DNA of 63,196 nucleotides, filler included, from Reticulomyxa filosa (Eukaryota > Protista > Foraminifera), in NCBI GenBank assembly GCA_000512085.1. It is 15 parts of 15 records of this genome, joined end to end, with 100 filler letters (N's around TTAATTAATTAA, not from the genome) between each part and the next. Parts side by side here need not be neighbours in the genome. Positions count along the whole stretch, not along the records: positions 48,832 to 53,386 come from ASPP01017067.1; positions 53,487 to 54,794 come from ASPP01002886.1; positions 54,895 to 61,461 come from ASPP01018121.1; positions 61,562 to 63,196 come from ASPP01044063.1; 11 more parts are not named here. One strand, written 5' to 3'. Numbering within the stretch: the first letter of the stretch is position 1; each line of letters begins with the position of its first letter. The notes under the pieces were generated by a model. It worked only from the letters and a program-made list of their open reading frames with translations, had not been told where the DNA came from and ran no database searches. The position numbers were made by a program, and so were the translations under genes. Shown here one piece after another: positions 52,718 to 63,196 of this stretch.

Positions 52718-53030
52718 GACTATCATAACAAGGACTGGTTTTTGTTGATCAATAAATCACAGAAATTAAACACACTAACCTGCTATCTTTGCAGTCAAAT
52801 CGCAAATAATGATTTTGTATTTAATTTCTTAATACTTGAATTATTAAAACATGAATTTATTGAAAAAAAAGCACAAATAATTGAATTTAAATTAGAAATG
52901 GATCAGAACATTATTCAATTCAAGAGCAACTTGAACAATGTTAAATGTACCAGACCGAAAGGACTTGTAAAAAAAAAAAGTAATACAAAACATCCCCTTT
53001 TTCAAACATTCCGAAGCTCTTTCAGAATAG
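52718..53030 (+). pseudogene. Collapsed remnant of another RING-variant/WD40 family gene
   Basis: NKDWFLLINKSQKLNTLTCYLCSQIANN matches [28 protein letters not shown] of the 3685 gene; it then jumps to coiled coil and FQTFRSS, the WD40 entry motif. Confidence 0.65.
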
Positions 53031-53213
53031 TTTTTGGTCACAAACTTTAAAACAAAAAACGCTCAAGAGTTGTTTGTTCCTGTGGTATTTGTTAGAACCA
53101 GGTTTAAATGATCTTTTTCTCCTCCTTCTGTCACCATCAAAAAAAAAAAATACTAGAGCGACGAAAATTCGAAATTCTCAAAGGTGAAAGAATCGAAGAA
53201 ACTGTTAGGAGGA

Positions 53214-53386
53214 ATGCAACAAGAAGATGAAAAAAGGAAATCAACAAAAGAAATAAAAGCATTAACACGATTATTTGATGGAATTGAAGAAGAAGAATTG
53301 AAAAAACAACTTCAACAAACAAGTGGAGATGTTTTAACTGTAATTGAAGGAATAGTTTCAATGTCAATTGATGAAACTGTATGTAT
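53214..53386 (+). CDS. 5' fragment with a CUE/UBA-like domain, truncated at contig end
   Basis: EIKALTRLFDGIEEEELKKQLQQTSGDVLTVIEGIV; paralog of 32065. Confidence 0.5.
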
Positions 53387-53998
53387 NNNNNNNNNNNNNN
53401 NNNNNNNNNNNNNNNNNNNNNNNNNNNNNNTTAATTAATTAANNNNNNNNNNNNNNNNNNNNNNNNNNNNNNNNNNNNNNNNNNNNAGTCTTGTTGCATA
53501 AAATGATCCAATACTTTTTCTTTTTTTTTTGCAGAACTGAAGATGGTAACGGTCCACTGCTTATCATAAACGCCTTTGTGGTCAAATCGCTTTGCGGTTC
53601 CTGCGTTTCTTCGGATCTCCCAGTTGGTTCACGGATTGCAGGTCCTGAACTTAGACTCCAACCGTTTGCCTTTATCATCTTTGGCTGCAAGTAATTTCTG
53701 GAAAATTGACAGATATTTCGCAAAGATGTGTTTGGAATATATTTGTAGCGTAATCCCACGCTACTGGTTGAAAACATGTGAATTGACTTTTCAATAAATT
53801 TAATCCAACTGGGATTAAAACAATAGGATTTTTTTGTTTTGTTGTGCCAACAAAAATAAGCAAAGTTTATTTCACTGCAAAGTTATTCAATAAAAAATGA
53901 AAAGTCTGCCAAAAACATCTTATACTCAAAGCATTGTGATCGATCAAAGGAGAACAGAAATGATGAGCAAAGTTATATTGCTTTGAATTTTGTCATTT

Positions 53999-54730
53999 TC
54001 AAAAAAAATAAATTGCGATAAAAATATTGTAGCGAGTACAAAACAAAATCAAAAAGATAGCAACAAACGGCCAAAGACTCAAACACATTGCAATTTGGAA
54101 TAAATTTCGTAGTTGATTTGATTGATGAATGCTTTTGTTAATATTGGCAATTGCAAGAGTATTACCTGTTTTAATAGTCAAAAATTTGCATGATAAACTC
54201 TCTAAAAGTTTCAACTGTTTATCCATTTCCAAGATTGTCATGTGCCGAGAATTTTTGTATTTATTGCAAAGTTTCTCCACCAATTGTTCATAGGGCATTG
54301 AATCTTTTTTTTCAGACACAAACGTCGATCGCACTAGACCGATCATATAACGCAAGTTCTCCCACCTCTGTTTTTTGTTTTTGGATTCGATGGGGTCCAA
54401 GACTTGTTTTGTTGCTGAACTTTTTGGCAAGGCTGCAGAGGCACTCATAGACTGCACTGAATGTCTTTTCATCAATATGTTTACTTTGGATCTCGCTTTG
54501 ATTCGGTCTAAAAAGTCTTCATTTAAAATGTTCCAATTCTTTGGGTATAATCACGGCTGGAGAGACCGATTGACTCAGCGCAGGAGTGTCTTTTTGGTTA
54601 ACTTTTGTACAGATTTATGAGTCAACTTGTCCAATGCTTTTTGATTATCGCTCGGTATGTATCTCAAGGGAGTCTCTACACCAGCTTGGTCGCGCTTTTC
54701 TGGAATTGCAGTGCTTTTCATTTGTTTCTT
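53999..54730 (-). CDS. CDT1: DNA replication licensing factor CDT1, C-terminal winged-helix region (two apparent homopolymer frameshifts; true stop uncertain)
   Basis: FLDRIKAR, then LVRSTFVSEKK..PYEQLVEKL...EMDKQLKLL....KFLTI, matching the CDT1_C pattern LRNVFVSERK...EMEKHLLLL. Confidence 0.75.
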
Positions 54731-54894
54731 GGCTCTCTCTTTCTAACATTTATACCCGATATTTTATTATTGCTATTATATTGTTTTTTTTTTTNNNNNN
54801 NNNNNNNNNNNNNNNNNNNNNNNNNNNNNNNNNNNNNNTTAATTAATTAANNNNNNNNNNNNNNNNNNNNNNNNNNNNNNNNNNNNNNNNNNNN

Positions 54895-54931
<37 letters not shown>

Positions 54932-55003
54932 CCCATTTATTGCAAAGTAATACAAACTCAGTGATAACAATAAAAAATAAAAAGCAAAGTATACGTATAC
55001 TCA

Positions 55004-56173
55004 CCTGACGACAATGGCGCAGTCTTTGTTCCGTGTGCATTTTTGTCATTTGTTGTTGCTTTGTTAGACTTGGCAGTTTGCACATGTGTTTGTGTTTGCG
55101 GTTGTGACTTGACCGTTGAAACTTTGGTCGAAGGGGTTTGCTCTTTTGCTGTTGTTGGCCCGGATGGCGATTTGCTCAGCGGCCTCGTTCCTTGCGTGGT
55201 CATGGTCTTGCGCGTTGATCGTGACACTTGCACGCTCGTCGAACGAGGCGCTTTGCTCTCCAGTGGAGACTGCGACTTCCCTTCTGGTCTACGACCACTC
55301 GCTGTCGTCTTTTGCGAGTCTGTCGAATGTTCGCGTGCGTACATGCAACCCCCATCCCCCCATCATCAACATGCAAACATGTCAAACCTACATTTGCAAC
55401 TCATCTCAAACACAACCAACAATAATAAGAAATTGTAAACTTTTGGCGTCAGAAATGGTGGGATTTGAAACAGCCTTTTGAAGAGAAGATGCAGCTCCTC
55501 CATACTTCAATTGATACGTTTTTCGGAATTGCGGAGGCATGTTGGAGACCAAGGCCTCGGACCGACTCTCGTTGATTGTGCTGAGGAGATTAGCGCACTC
55601 CATGGCTTCCATAAGCACAATTTTGTCTTTGTCTTTCAACCCCACTTTTAACGCCTCTGTCATCAAGTCCAACGTCTCCTTCGCAGGCGTTCCTGTTCCT
55701 GCTCCTGCTCCTGCTCCCAGTCGAGTTGGACTTGGAAGGTCACTACTCTTTTCCGTACTTTCTTTCGACTCTTTGTTCTCTGCACTCACCGCCACAATTG
55801 TGTCATTACCGTTTTGCGGAGTTGCCACCGGTGCCAATGCTGTCGTCGATGCCAATGCCAATGCCGATGCCGATGCCGATGCCAAAGTTGTTTTTGTCAA
55901 GTCGCTACCCATTTTCGTTTCCGATTTGGTGGCGACATACCTCTCCAAAATACTCTTTAAAAACACAAACGCTTGCTTTCGCACTACCGATGATTTGTCT
56001 TGTACCGACGCTGCAAACCCCGCCACTAATTTTCCTAAACAAACAATTAAAAATCCACGCGTCAAAGACATTTGTTTGTGTCTATTTCTTTTTTTATCAC
56101 ATTATATATACATATATATGTATGTGTAGTACATAAATGTATGTATATGCATATGCATGTACATACATATACA

Positions 56174-56207
<34 letters not shown>

Positions 56208-56497
56208 GTGAGAAATGAAAAACTAAACTAGGGTCGGCCATGACTTTGATGACTTCGACAATGGCCTTTTCACATGCGATGACGGACTTTGTATTTTTTT
56301 TGCTTAAATGAACCATCATTTTTTTAATGTAAAATACAGTGCTTCCATTGAACGCATCCGGATAATACTTGGCCATCGCAACAATTACGTCAAACACTTT
56401 TTCGTGGACTGAGACGTCTTGATCCCGCAACTAAGTTGGTTATTGCAAGCCATCACAAGTGTTACAATGTATATACATATACATATATATACATATA

Positions 56498-56537
<40 letters not shown>

Positions 56538-56916
56538 CACCTGTGTTTGCATTGGGTTTTTAAATTCAGCAATGGCATACTTGACATCTTCCGGTGATAC
56601 CTTTTCATCCTCACTGACAATGTATTTGTATTTGTCGATGGCTTCCAAACGCAACTGCAATGCGGAAGTGATTGTACTTAAACACGAAAGAAGGATGTCG
56701 ACAATCTCTTTTGGCGTCGCGTCTTTGGGGATGTCCAACGACACCTCTGGCGGGTTCACCACGCCTTGCTTTTTCGGCACTGACGTACTTTTCTGAAGTT
56801 CCAGTTTCTTGTTCACATTTAGCACTTTGCCCCCTCTCGTTGATTGACTTCGGTTTTTAGGGGGAGGTGATTTCATTCCGGAACGTCCACGCGATTGGAA
56901 GCGATCCACATGTATC

Positions 56917-56949
<33 letters not shown>

Positions 56950-57431
56950 GGGGAGGTATTAAAGTTATAAATAAATAAATAAAAAATCTTTTAACTGCTT
57001 TCTTCACAATAACACGAATCCTCGCTGGAACTACAAAAGTCCCTTTCCCTGGCGGACAGTCAAAGTATTTCGTTCCGTTGAATGTTCCGTTATTTCCATT
57101 CGCAATCTCTTTGTCGCATTCGATTCCTATGCACACGTTTCCTGTGATCCCATACCATACATGCATTTTTTTGTATATGCGTATGTACATGTGCATATTT
57201 TTTTTTTTTTACAATGCTGGAGGATCATTTGCCCATTTTTGTTGGGTAGAAACTTTTTCTTTTTTTTTATTTAATTGTGACGTATTGATAAAAGGGGGGA
57301 AAAAAAAAAGGTGCACAAGATAGCGGACCTATCGACGGAATTCTTCCAATAAATCGGACATATCCTCGACGGTTTTCTTTTGCCAATTGGATATAATCTC
57401 CTATTTCAAAATCTTTTCCTGTTAAAGCCAT
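55004..57431 (-). CDS. CAP-Gly domain + CLASP/TOG-like HEAT domain + Ser/Arg/Thr-rich region; 3' end lost at contig edge
   Basis: GYVRFIGRIPSIG|NVCIGIECDKEIANGNNGTFNGTKYFDCPPGKGTFV (CAP-Gly), then HEAT array LRDQDVSV..., QDKSSVVRKQA and LKVGLKDKDKIV; GT-AG introns. Confidence 0.75.
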
Positions 57432-57917
57432 ATGGGGGTTTGAAGTTTGATAGAGGAAGTAAAGAAATGCGCGAACATCAACTTTGAAACAAACTGATTC
57501 GTTACCTTTCCAAAAGTCTTTGACATAAGTGTATAAGTTAACTACAAATAAATATTTTATATTGTTCAAATATCAGAAAATGGACAGGGATGATAGTCTG
57601 CTCAAAGTGTATTTTTTATGAATTAAAAGTGATCAGAAATTTTTGTAGCCCAATTACGCGAGATAACTATTATTCTGCTAGAGTTACAAATGTTCTAAAC
57701 ATAACCATGCAATATTTTCGCTTGCAAAAACTTGCTTTCAATTTGTTCACAAAGTACAAAGTTAGAATGGTCATAAAATTTGAAATCAGAGCAATCACTT
57801 TTAGCAATTTAAAAATTTTTAAAAAAGTCTAAAATATTTTTTTGAGAAGTTTGAAGAGATTAGATAATAGAAAGAATTCGCAAAATAAAAAAATAAAAAT
57901 AAAACCACTATTAATAA

Positions 57918-58696
57918 TCATTTAGTGGCGTTTTGCTTTGTTTGGTTATTTTGTAAGTTAGCTCCTTGCTTATTGGCGGCGGCCTGTTTTTGTCTATTTT
58001 GATGGAGAAGCTCTTTTCGTTTAACATCAATAAGAAGTTTGGAAGTGGTGAGTAAGGCAGATACCAAAGCGATCAATGCCACGGAAAGTAGTGGCATCGA
58101 CCAAATCACAGAAATAAAAAAGCCATTTTTATCAAAGTAATTGTTTTGTGAAAATGTTTGCCAATTCGCGTGACACCATGTATTCAAATATTCTGCGAAA
58201 TATACGCCAGCGTCTTTATTTATATCAATACACAAAGAGTCTTTCTTTTGCAAAGGAGAAGAAAAAAGAAAAAGTTATCTTCATTAATTTTTTTACAAAA
58301 ATATGTACTGTTTCAACAACTCAACAACACAGGAGAAATAATGCGCCTTGCGCTTTGTAATTATGTCTGGTTTTTACCATCCACACAAACAACACGATAT
58401 GGAACAATAGGACTGCAATTATAAATGGCTCTGTGTGTATGTGTAAGAGTTGCTGTTTGAATCTTATTTTCTTTGTCTATTATTTGCTCAATTTTTGTTT
58501 ACTCACAAACGGACCAACCACTCCAATCGACTACGTAAAAAAATGTCTTGATTTTGTCCGTTACTGATTCGTTTTGTCTCAGCTCGTCCACCAAATGGCG
58601 GGCCCATGCATTAATTGAATTGATATCCTGCTCGTATGGCGTAGAAGAACAGGATGAATTTGAGCCTTCAGCACAATTAACATTATGCTCACTCAT
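57918..58696 (-). CDS. TMEM18: Transmembrane protein 18 homologue (3 exons)
   Basis: VDWS|EPFIIAVLLFH, VYFAEYLN, WQTFSQNNYFDKNGFFISVIWSMPLL and LLIDVKRKEL. Confidence 0.9.
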
Positions 58697-58951
58697 ATTT
58701 ACTCGATTTTTTTTTATCTAACAAAAAGCCCCTTTATCACAAGGTTCCAAAACGAGCAGACAATATTGTCTGTTTACATAAAAATAGTTTTAGTCTGGTA
58801 ATACATTTTGCAATTTTTATTTCAGTGTCTTAGTAAAATAAGTCAAAAGACAATTTGGCCCTCCAAACTATTAGTAGTTGCGTCGGACGTTGAAAAGTAG
58901 CCCAAAAGAAACAATGGAAATATAAGATAAGCAAAGGCTAAAGCAAAACAC

Positions 58952-60583
58952 TTAGGGTTTTCTTTTTTTTTTGTTTTTGTTGTTGTTAGCATTACTGTTT
59001 TTTTGTGTTTGTTCGGTATTGTTTGGTTCTGAATCAGGAGCAGTTTTGGCCTCACTTTGGGAGTCAGAAGCAGGTCGAGACGAAAGGGAAGCATTATTTT
59101 GTGCGTCAGTGTTCGGCAAATCAACGTCCATAGTTTTCTCCTCGACAGAGTTGGTAGGAGCAGGCGGTTCAAGTTCCCACCAAAGTGGAGGCGACGAGCT
59201 GGTGCGAGCAGTGAGCACTTCGCAACCGTCCTCCGTGACCAACAGAGTGTGTTCGAACTGAGCACTCCTTTGGCCGTCCACCGTGACGACCGTCCAATGG
59301 TCAAACGTCCAAATTTTGTCTTTCCACTGTCCAATGTTAATCATCGGTTCGATCGTGAACACCATCCCTGGCTTGGCCTTTCCAATCGCCTTGTTTTTTT
59401 TGTAGTGCGGGATATTGGGTGGGCAGTGGAACATCATGCCAATCCCATGTCCACAATAAGTGCGATTTGGAGTAAACCCGTATTTGCTCACATAATTGTC
59501 GATTATCTCACCCAACTTTCGAAACATTACGCCTGGTTTTACTATAAACATATAACAATTGATAATAATAATAATAAATAAATAAATAAACAAATAAATA
59601 AATAAAAAAAATAAATAAATAAATAAGTAAAAACGAACCATGTTTAATAGCTTCGGCCAAAGAGTCATGCGCCACTTTAATCAAATCTTTATATTTTTGT
59701 TCGACTCTTCCAACAGTGAATGTTTCGTTGAGATCGGCGTGGTACCCATCTTTGTAAACACTAATGTCAACGTTGACAATGTCGCCGTCCTCCAAGGGCC
59801 TGCAGTCGGGGATCCCATGACATACCACTTCGTTCACTGAAGTGCAGCACGACTTCAAAAACCCGTTGTAGTTCAGTGGGGACGGGTAGCATCCACGCTC
59901 GATGCATGCTTCGTGCACTGCCACGTCGATCTCGTCCGTCGTTATTCCTGGTCGCACCACACTTGCAGCGATATCTAGCACTTCTCGACCTTTATTTTTT
60001 TCAAAAAAAAAAAAGGAGGTTTATGTGAACTTTTTTTTTCCCAAAAAAAAAAAAAACTCAATGTTGTTGTTTTGTAATTAATAAACATACCTAATTTACA
60101 TGCGAGACGAATACCCTCAATATCTTGTGGCGTGTAAATGGGAATTTTGTTGGGTGTGGTTCGATGGAAGCGATTTTCCGAAAGTGGAACTCCTCCGCTG
60201 GCGTAGTCTGGCTTGTCGATCGAGTCCGGAACTGCTTTCACTGGCGTGATATATGACGGCCTCAACGTTCCCGTATACGCAAACTCTGGCGGCTTGTAAC
60301 GCTTCAGACCTTCGATTCTTTCTTGTTGCTCCTTATAGTGTATATGGACTTTGTTGTGCGTCTTCCAATTCTGTATGAAACATTCTTGATTGCAAAAATA
60401 ACAATCTGGAAGCCCTAGTTTTATGCACGTTGGACATCTCAGTGACGCTGGTTTTGTGCAGTTTGGAGAAGAACAGGTTCGAACATTACTGGGGGCAGTT
60501 GCTGTTGTTGTTGATGTTGATGTTGCACCCTTATCTGTTGACGGTGTTTCTGAGGTAACAACCGTACTCGATTCCGAGGCCAT
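58952..60583 (-). CDS. METAP1: Methionine aminopeptidase 1 with N-terminal C6H2 zinc finger (3 exons)
   Basis: [53 protein letters not shown] and SAQFEHTL. Junctions LACKLG|REVLD and AIKH|VKPG are canonical GT-AG. Confidence 0.97.
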
Positions 60584-61920
60584 TGCAAGTAGAGATTTTT
60601 TTTATATTCCAAGTTATTTAAAACACGCACAGGAGCGAAACAAAAAGAAAAACTTTTCCTCGAAATACTCCTCACTTAGCTGCTTCTTTACAATAAGCAC
60701 TTCAGTAAGCATGGCCAGTCAAAAACCCGCAATTGCACATAATGCAACATAATATCAAAATTTTAATGCTAGCATCAGCAAAAATACTTTATCGTTTTCT
60801 TGCAATGAAAAATTTTCATTTGTATTGATATTATAAACATTTTACAACTTTTGTTATGTTTTTCGGAAACTACTTTGTGGAAAAAATAAAAAAAAAAGGA
60901 AGAAGACAAAACCGAAAAGAAAAGTCTGTGCCAGAAGGTACCGCACAGTACAAATTTTTTTTTTGAAAAATCTTTATTGACGTTGCTGTAACAATGAAAT
61001 GTATCAGCATATAAAAAGTAAAGATAATGAAACTTTTATTAAAGCAATGTTTCTCTTATCGACATCAAGCAAGAAGTATGCATAAGCATTGCTACAATAA
61101 GTCGAATTAAACAAAAACTTTGTATTCGATGCAATTAAATTATCCAAAAACAAAAAAAGACTTCTATTGAAAGTCGGTTCAAGAAATGAAAGTAAATTAG
61201 TGTGTTTGATTAAGTTAATACAATTAGTGTTAACAGATCATTGTAAGAAGATAATACATTTGTTTCAACGTGTAAATAGATTATATCGCTAATGATTAAA
61301 AGATATAGTGAAAAACAAGAAACCTTAAATCAAGAAACTTCATCGTCTGATACGTTTAGCATTTGCTAAAACTTATTCTGGTTGTACTGTTTGTCAATTG
61401 AAGAAAGTATTATAGTAACTTCAATGTTTTTGGTAAAAAAAAAAAAAAAAAAAAAAAACAANNNNNNNNNNNNNNNNNNNNNNNNNNNNNNNNNNNNNNN
61501 NNNNNTTAATTAATTAANNNNNNNNNNNNNNNNNNNNNNNNNNNNNNNNNNNNNNNNNNNNTTTTTTTTTTCCTAAGCCTCTCTTTCTCCTTCTTCCCAC
61601 TCCATTTCGCATTTTTCAAAGTGCTTTTTTTTATTTTTGCGATCATGCGTGGGGGAGGAGGAAAAAACAGACACGAGCAAAACAACTCCAAATTCACTGA
61701 GTGTTATTGATCGTGGATATAAACAAGATCTAATGTTATCAAATAGAGATATATCAGGTTGTGCACAGAGTAAACGTGGTCGATATGTACAATCACCGAA
61801 AGTTATGTCTTTAGAGCCATTCACAATCTTACCCGATAAAACAGCGACAACAAAATGTGGTGTGCTGTTTTTGTTTAAAAAAAAAAAAAAAAAAAAAAGT
61901 AGGATCCCGAATTAAAACAG

Positions 61921-63196
61921 ATGATGATAAAAAAAGAGGTGAAAGCAATTGTACTTGGAGTAACAGGAGCAGGCAAGACAAGTTTGATCAATTTGTTTTA
62001 TGTCTGGTCCAAGGGGCTTCAAAGAATGCAAGACATTGACAAAGTATTGATTCCTACAAGATATCTTCCTGGAATAGTAAAATCCCACACAGAAATGGAC
62101 TCCAAATATCAAAACAAGAGCCAAACCCAAGGATGCACTACGTACGAATTTGACCTTGTGTACGAGTCGACATGGTACAATTTGAAATTTATGGACACTC
62201 CAGGTTTGGGTGACGTGGAGGGGATTGAAAAAGATGACGAACACGTCCAAAACATTTTAGATACAGTTTCGAAGACTCCAGAGTTAAACTCCATCGTCGT
62301 AATGATCAATGGCAGCGATCCAAGAGTAAGTTGTCGTTTGACGTATGTGATAACCAAACTAATTGGAATGATTCCAGACATTTGTCAACAAAATTTGATT
62401 GTGTTATTGTCCAACGTAAGTATCCGGCCAAATTTAGATGTAAAAACCCTTTTTAGCACTCCGATACCTGCCGAACATGTATTTTACATGAACAATGAGA
62501 TATTTTCAATCGACCCAAAAACAGAGGAAGAAACAACAATGAACGAGGCCAATTCCCTGTACGAGACTCTGAAAAAAAAAATGAAACATTTCTTGGATAC
62601 AGCAAGCGACATGAAGATCACGGACACTGACGAATTTAGAAAACTCAAGGAAAAAAGGGACAGCTTCAAAAATCAATTGATGCTTTTGCAAAAAAAATGT
62701 AATGAGCTCACAGAAGAAAAGTTAAGAATATCCAATGTGATAACCGAAGTGACTCAAATGACGGACCAAAAACAGAAGTTGGATTTGAAAAGATATAAAA
62801 AACAAAAACGAACACAATCCGAGCAGGAACCAACGCCGTATCACAGCACCGTCTGTTGCGTGTGTGATTCAAACTGTCATGAAAAATGTAGATTAAATGA
62901 AACCACGGTCAAGGGATCCGAAATTTTCAAACGTTGTACTGCAATGTCCGGCGATCATTGCAAGAGGTGCGATCATCGTTATACGTCTCATGTACACATG
63001 AGAGTGAAATGGGTGAAAAAGGAACAGTTAGTTGATGTCCTTGACATGGAGCAACTCAAGTTAATTGAAAAGGCTTCCACTGACATTGATTCCAAAAATC
63101 AATTGTTACAAAGCTTGAGTGCAACAGTGGATAATTATGAAAAGGAAATCGCAAGTAAACAGACAGAAATCAAAGACTTGATCATACAAATGAAAG
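61921..63196 (+). CDS. AIG1/septin-like P-loop GTPase + coiled coil + Cys/His cluster; open to the window end and absent from the ORF track
   Basis: 425 codons without a stop from ATG 61921: GVTGAGKT, SQTQGC, MDTPGLGD, then CCVCDSNCHEKC...C...CKRCDH...H. A possible upstream exon lies at ~61640-61861. Confidence 0.85.
   Translation, partial: MMIKKEVKAIVLGVTGAGKTSLINLFYVWSKGLQRMQDIDKVLIPTRYLPGIVKSHTEMDSKYQNKSQTQGCTTYEFDLVYESTWYNLKFMDTPGLGDVEGIEKDDEHVQNILDTVSKTPELNSIVVMINGSDPRVSCRLTYVITKLIGMIPDICQQNLIVLLSNVSIRPNLDVKTLFSTPIPAEHVFYMNNEIFSIDPKTEEETTMNEANSLYETLKKKMKHFLDTASDMKITDTDEFRKLKEKRDSFKNQLMLLQKKCNELTEEKLRISNVITEVTQMTDQKQKLDLKRYKKQKRTQSEQEPTPYHSTVCCVCDSNCHEKCRLNETTVKGSEIFKRCTAMSGDHCKRCDHRYTSHVHMRVKWVKKEQLVDVLDMEQLKLIEKASTDIDSKNQLLQSLSATVDNYEKEIASKQTEIKDLIIQMK

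Noticed and set aside
53534-53797. Possible terminal exon on the plus strand
   Set aside because: Frame ambiguous and no family recognised.
2481-61561. Recurrent TTAATTAATTAA as a biological repeat or CRISPR-like array
   Set aside because: Always centred in 44+44 N; it is a contig-joining linker. Gene neighbourhoods across it were not interpreted.
1-63196. rRNA, tRNA, CRISPR arrays, prokaryotic operons
   Set aside because: None recognised by eye; tRNAscan-SE and Infernal were not run.

Overview
This is not one locus. It is 15 separate contig segments of an AT-rich, intron-containing eukaryotic genome, joined by 14 artificial 100-bp linkers (N44-TTAATTAATTAA-N44), so adjacency across a linker means nothing. 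The gene families and intron style resemble a foraminiferan such as Reticulomyxa filosa (Rhizaria); this is my recall, not a search result. Recognisable housekeeping genes: MFS-type transporter, ELO elongase, metallophosphoesterase, CDT1, TMEM18, MetAP1, CLN3-like and CFAP58-like. Expanded, partly decaying immune-like families: RING-variant/TRAF-WD40, NACHT, TPR and a Cys/His-rich P-loop GTPase. Most notable observations: (1) a rearranged NLR-like pseudogene whose NACHT ATPase is preceded by a RelA/SpoT-type nucleotidyltransferase-like domain; (2) a kinesin motor-coiled coil-BAH gene with phase-consistent splicing; (3) a polycystin-1-like GPS receptor with 5 TMs and no PLAT or channel half; (4) a CAP-Gly + CLASP/TOG fusion; (5) two related TGT...ACA solo-LTR-like elements, both at TRAF-WD40 genes. 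All exon joins and domain calls were made by eye and need HMM and transcript confirmation.
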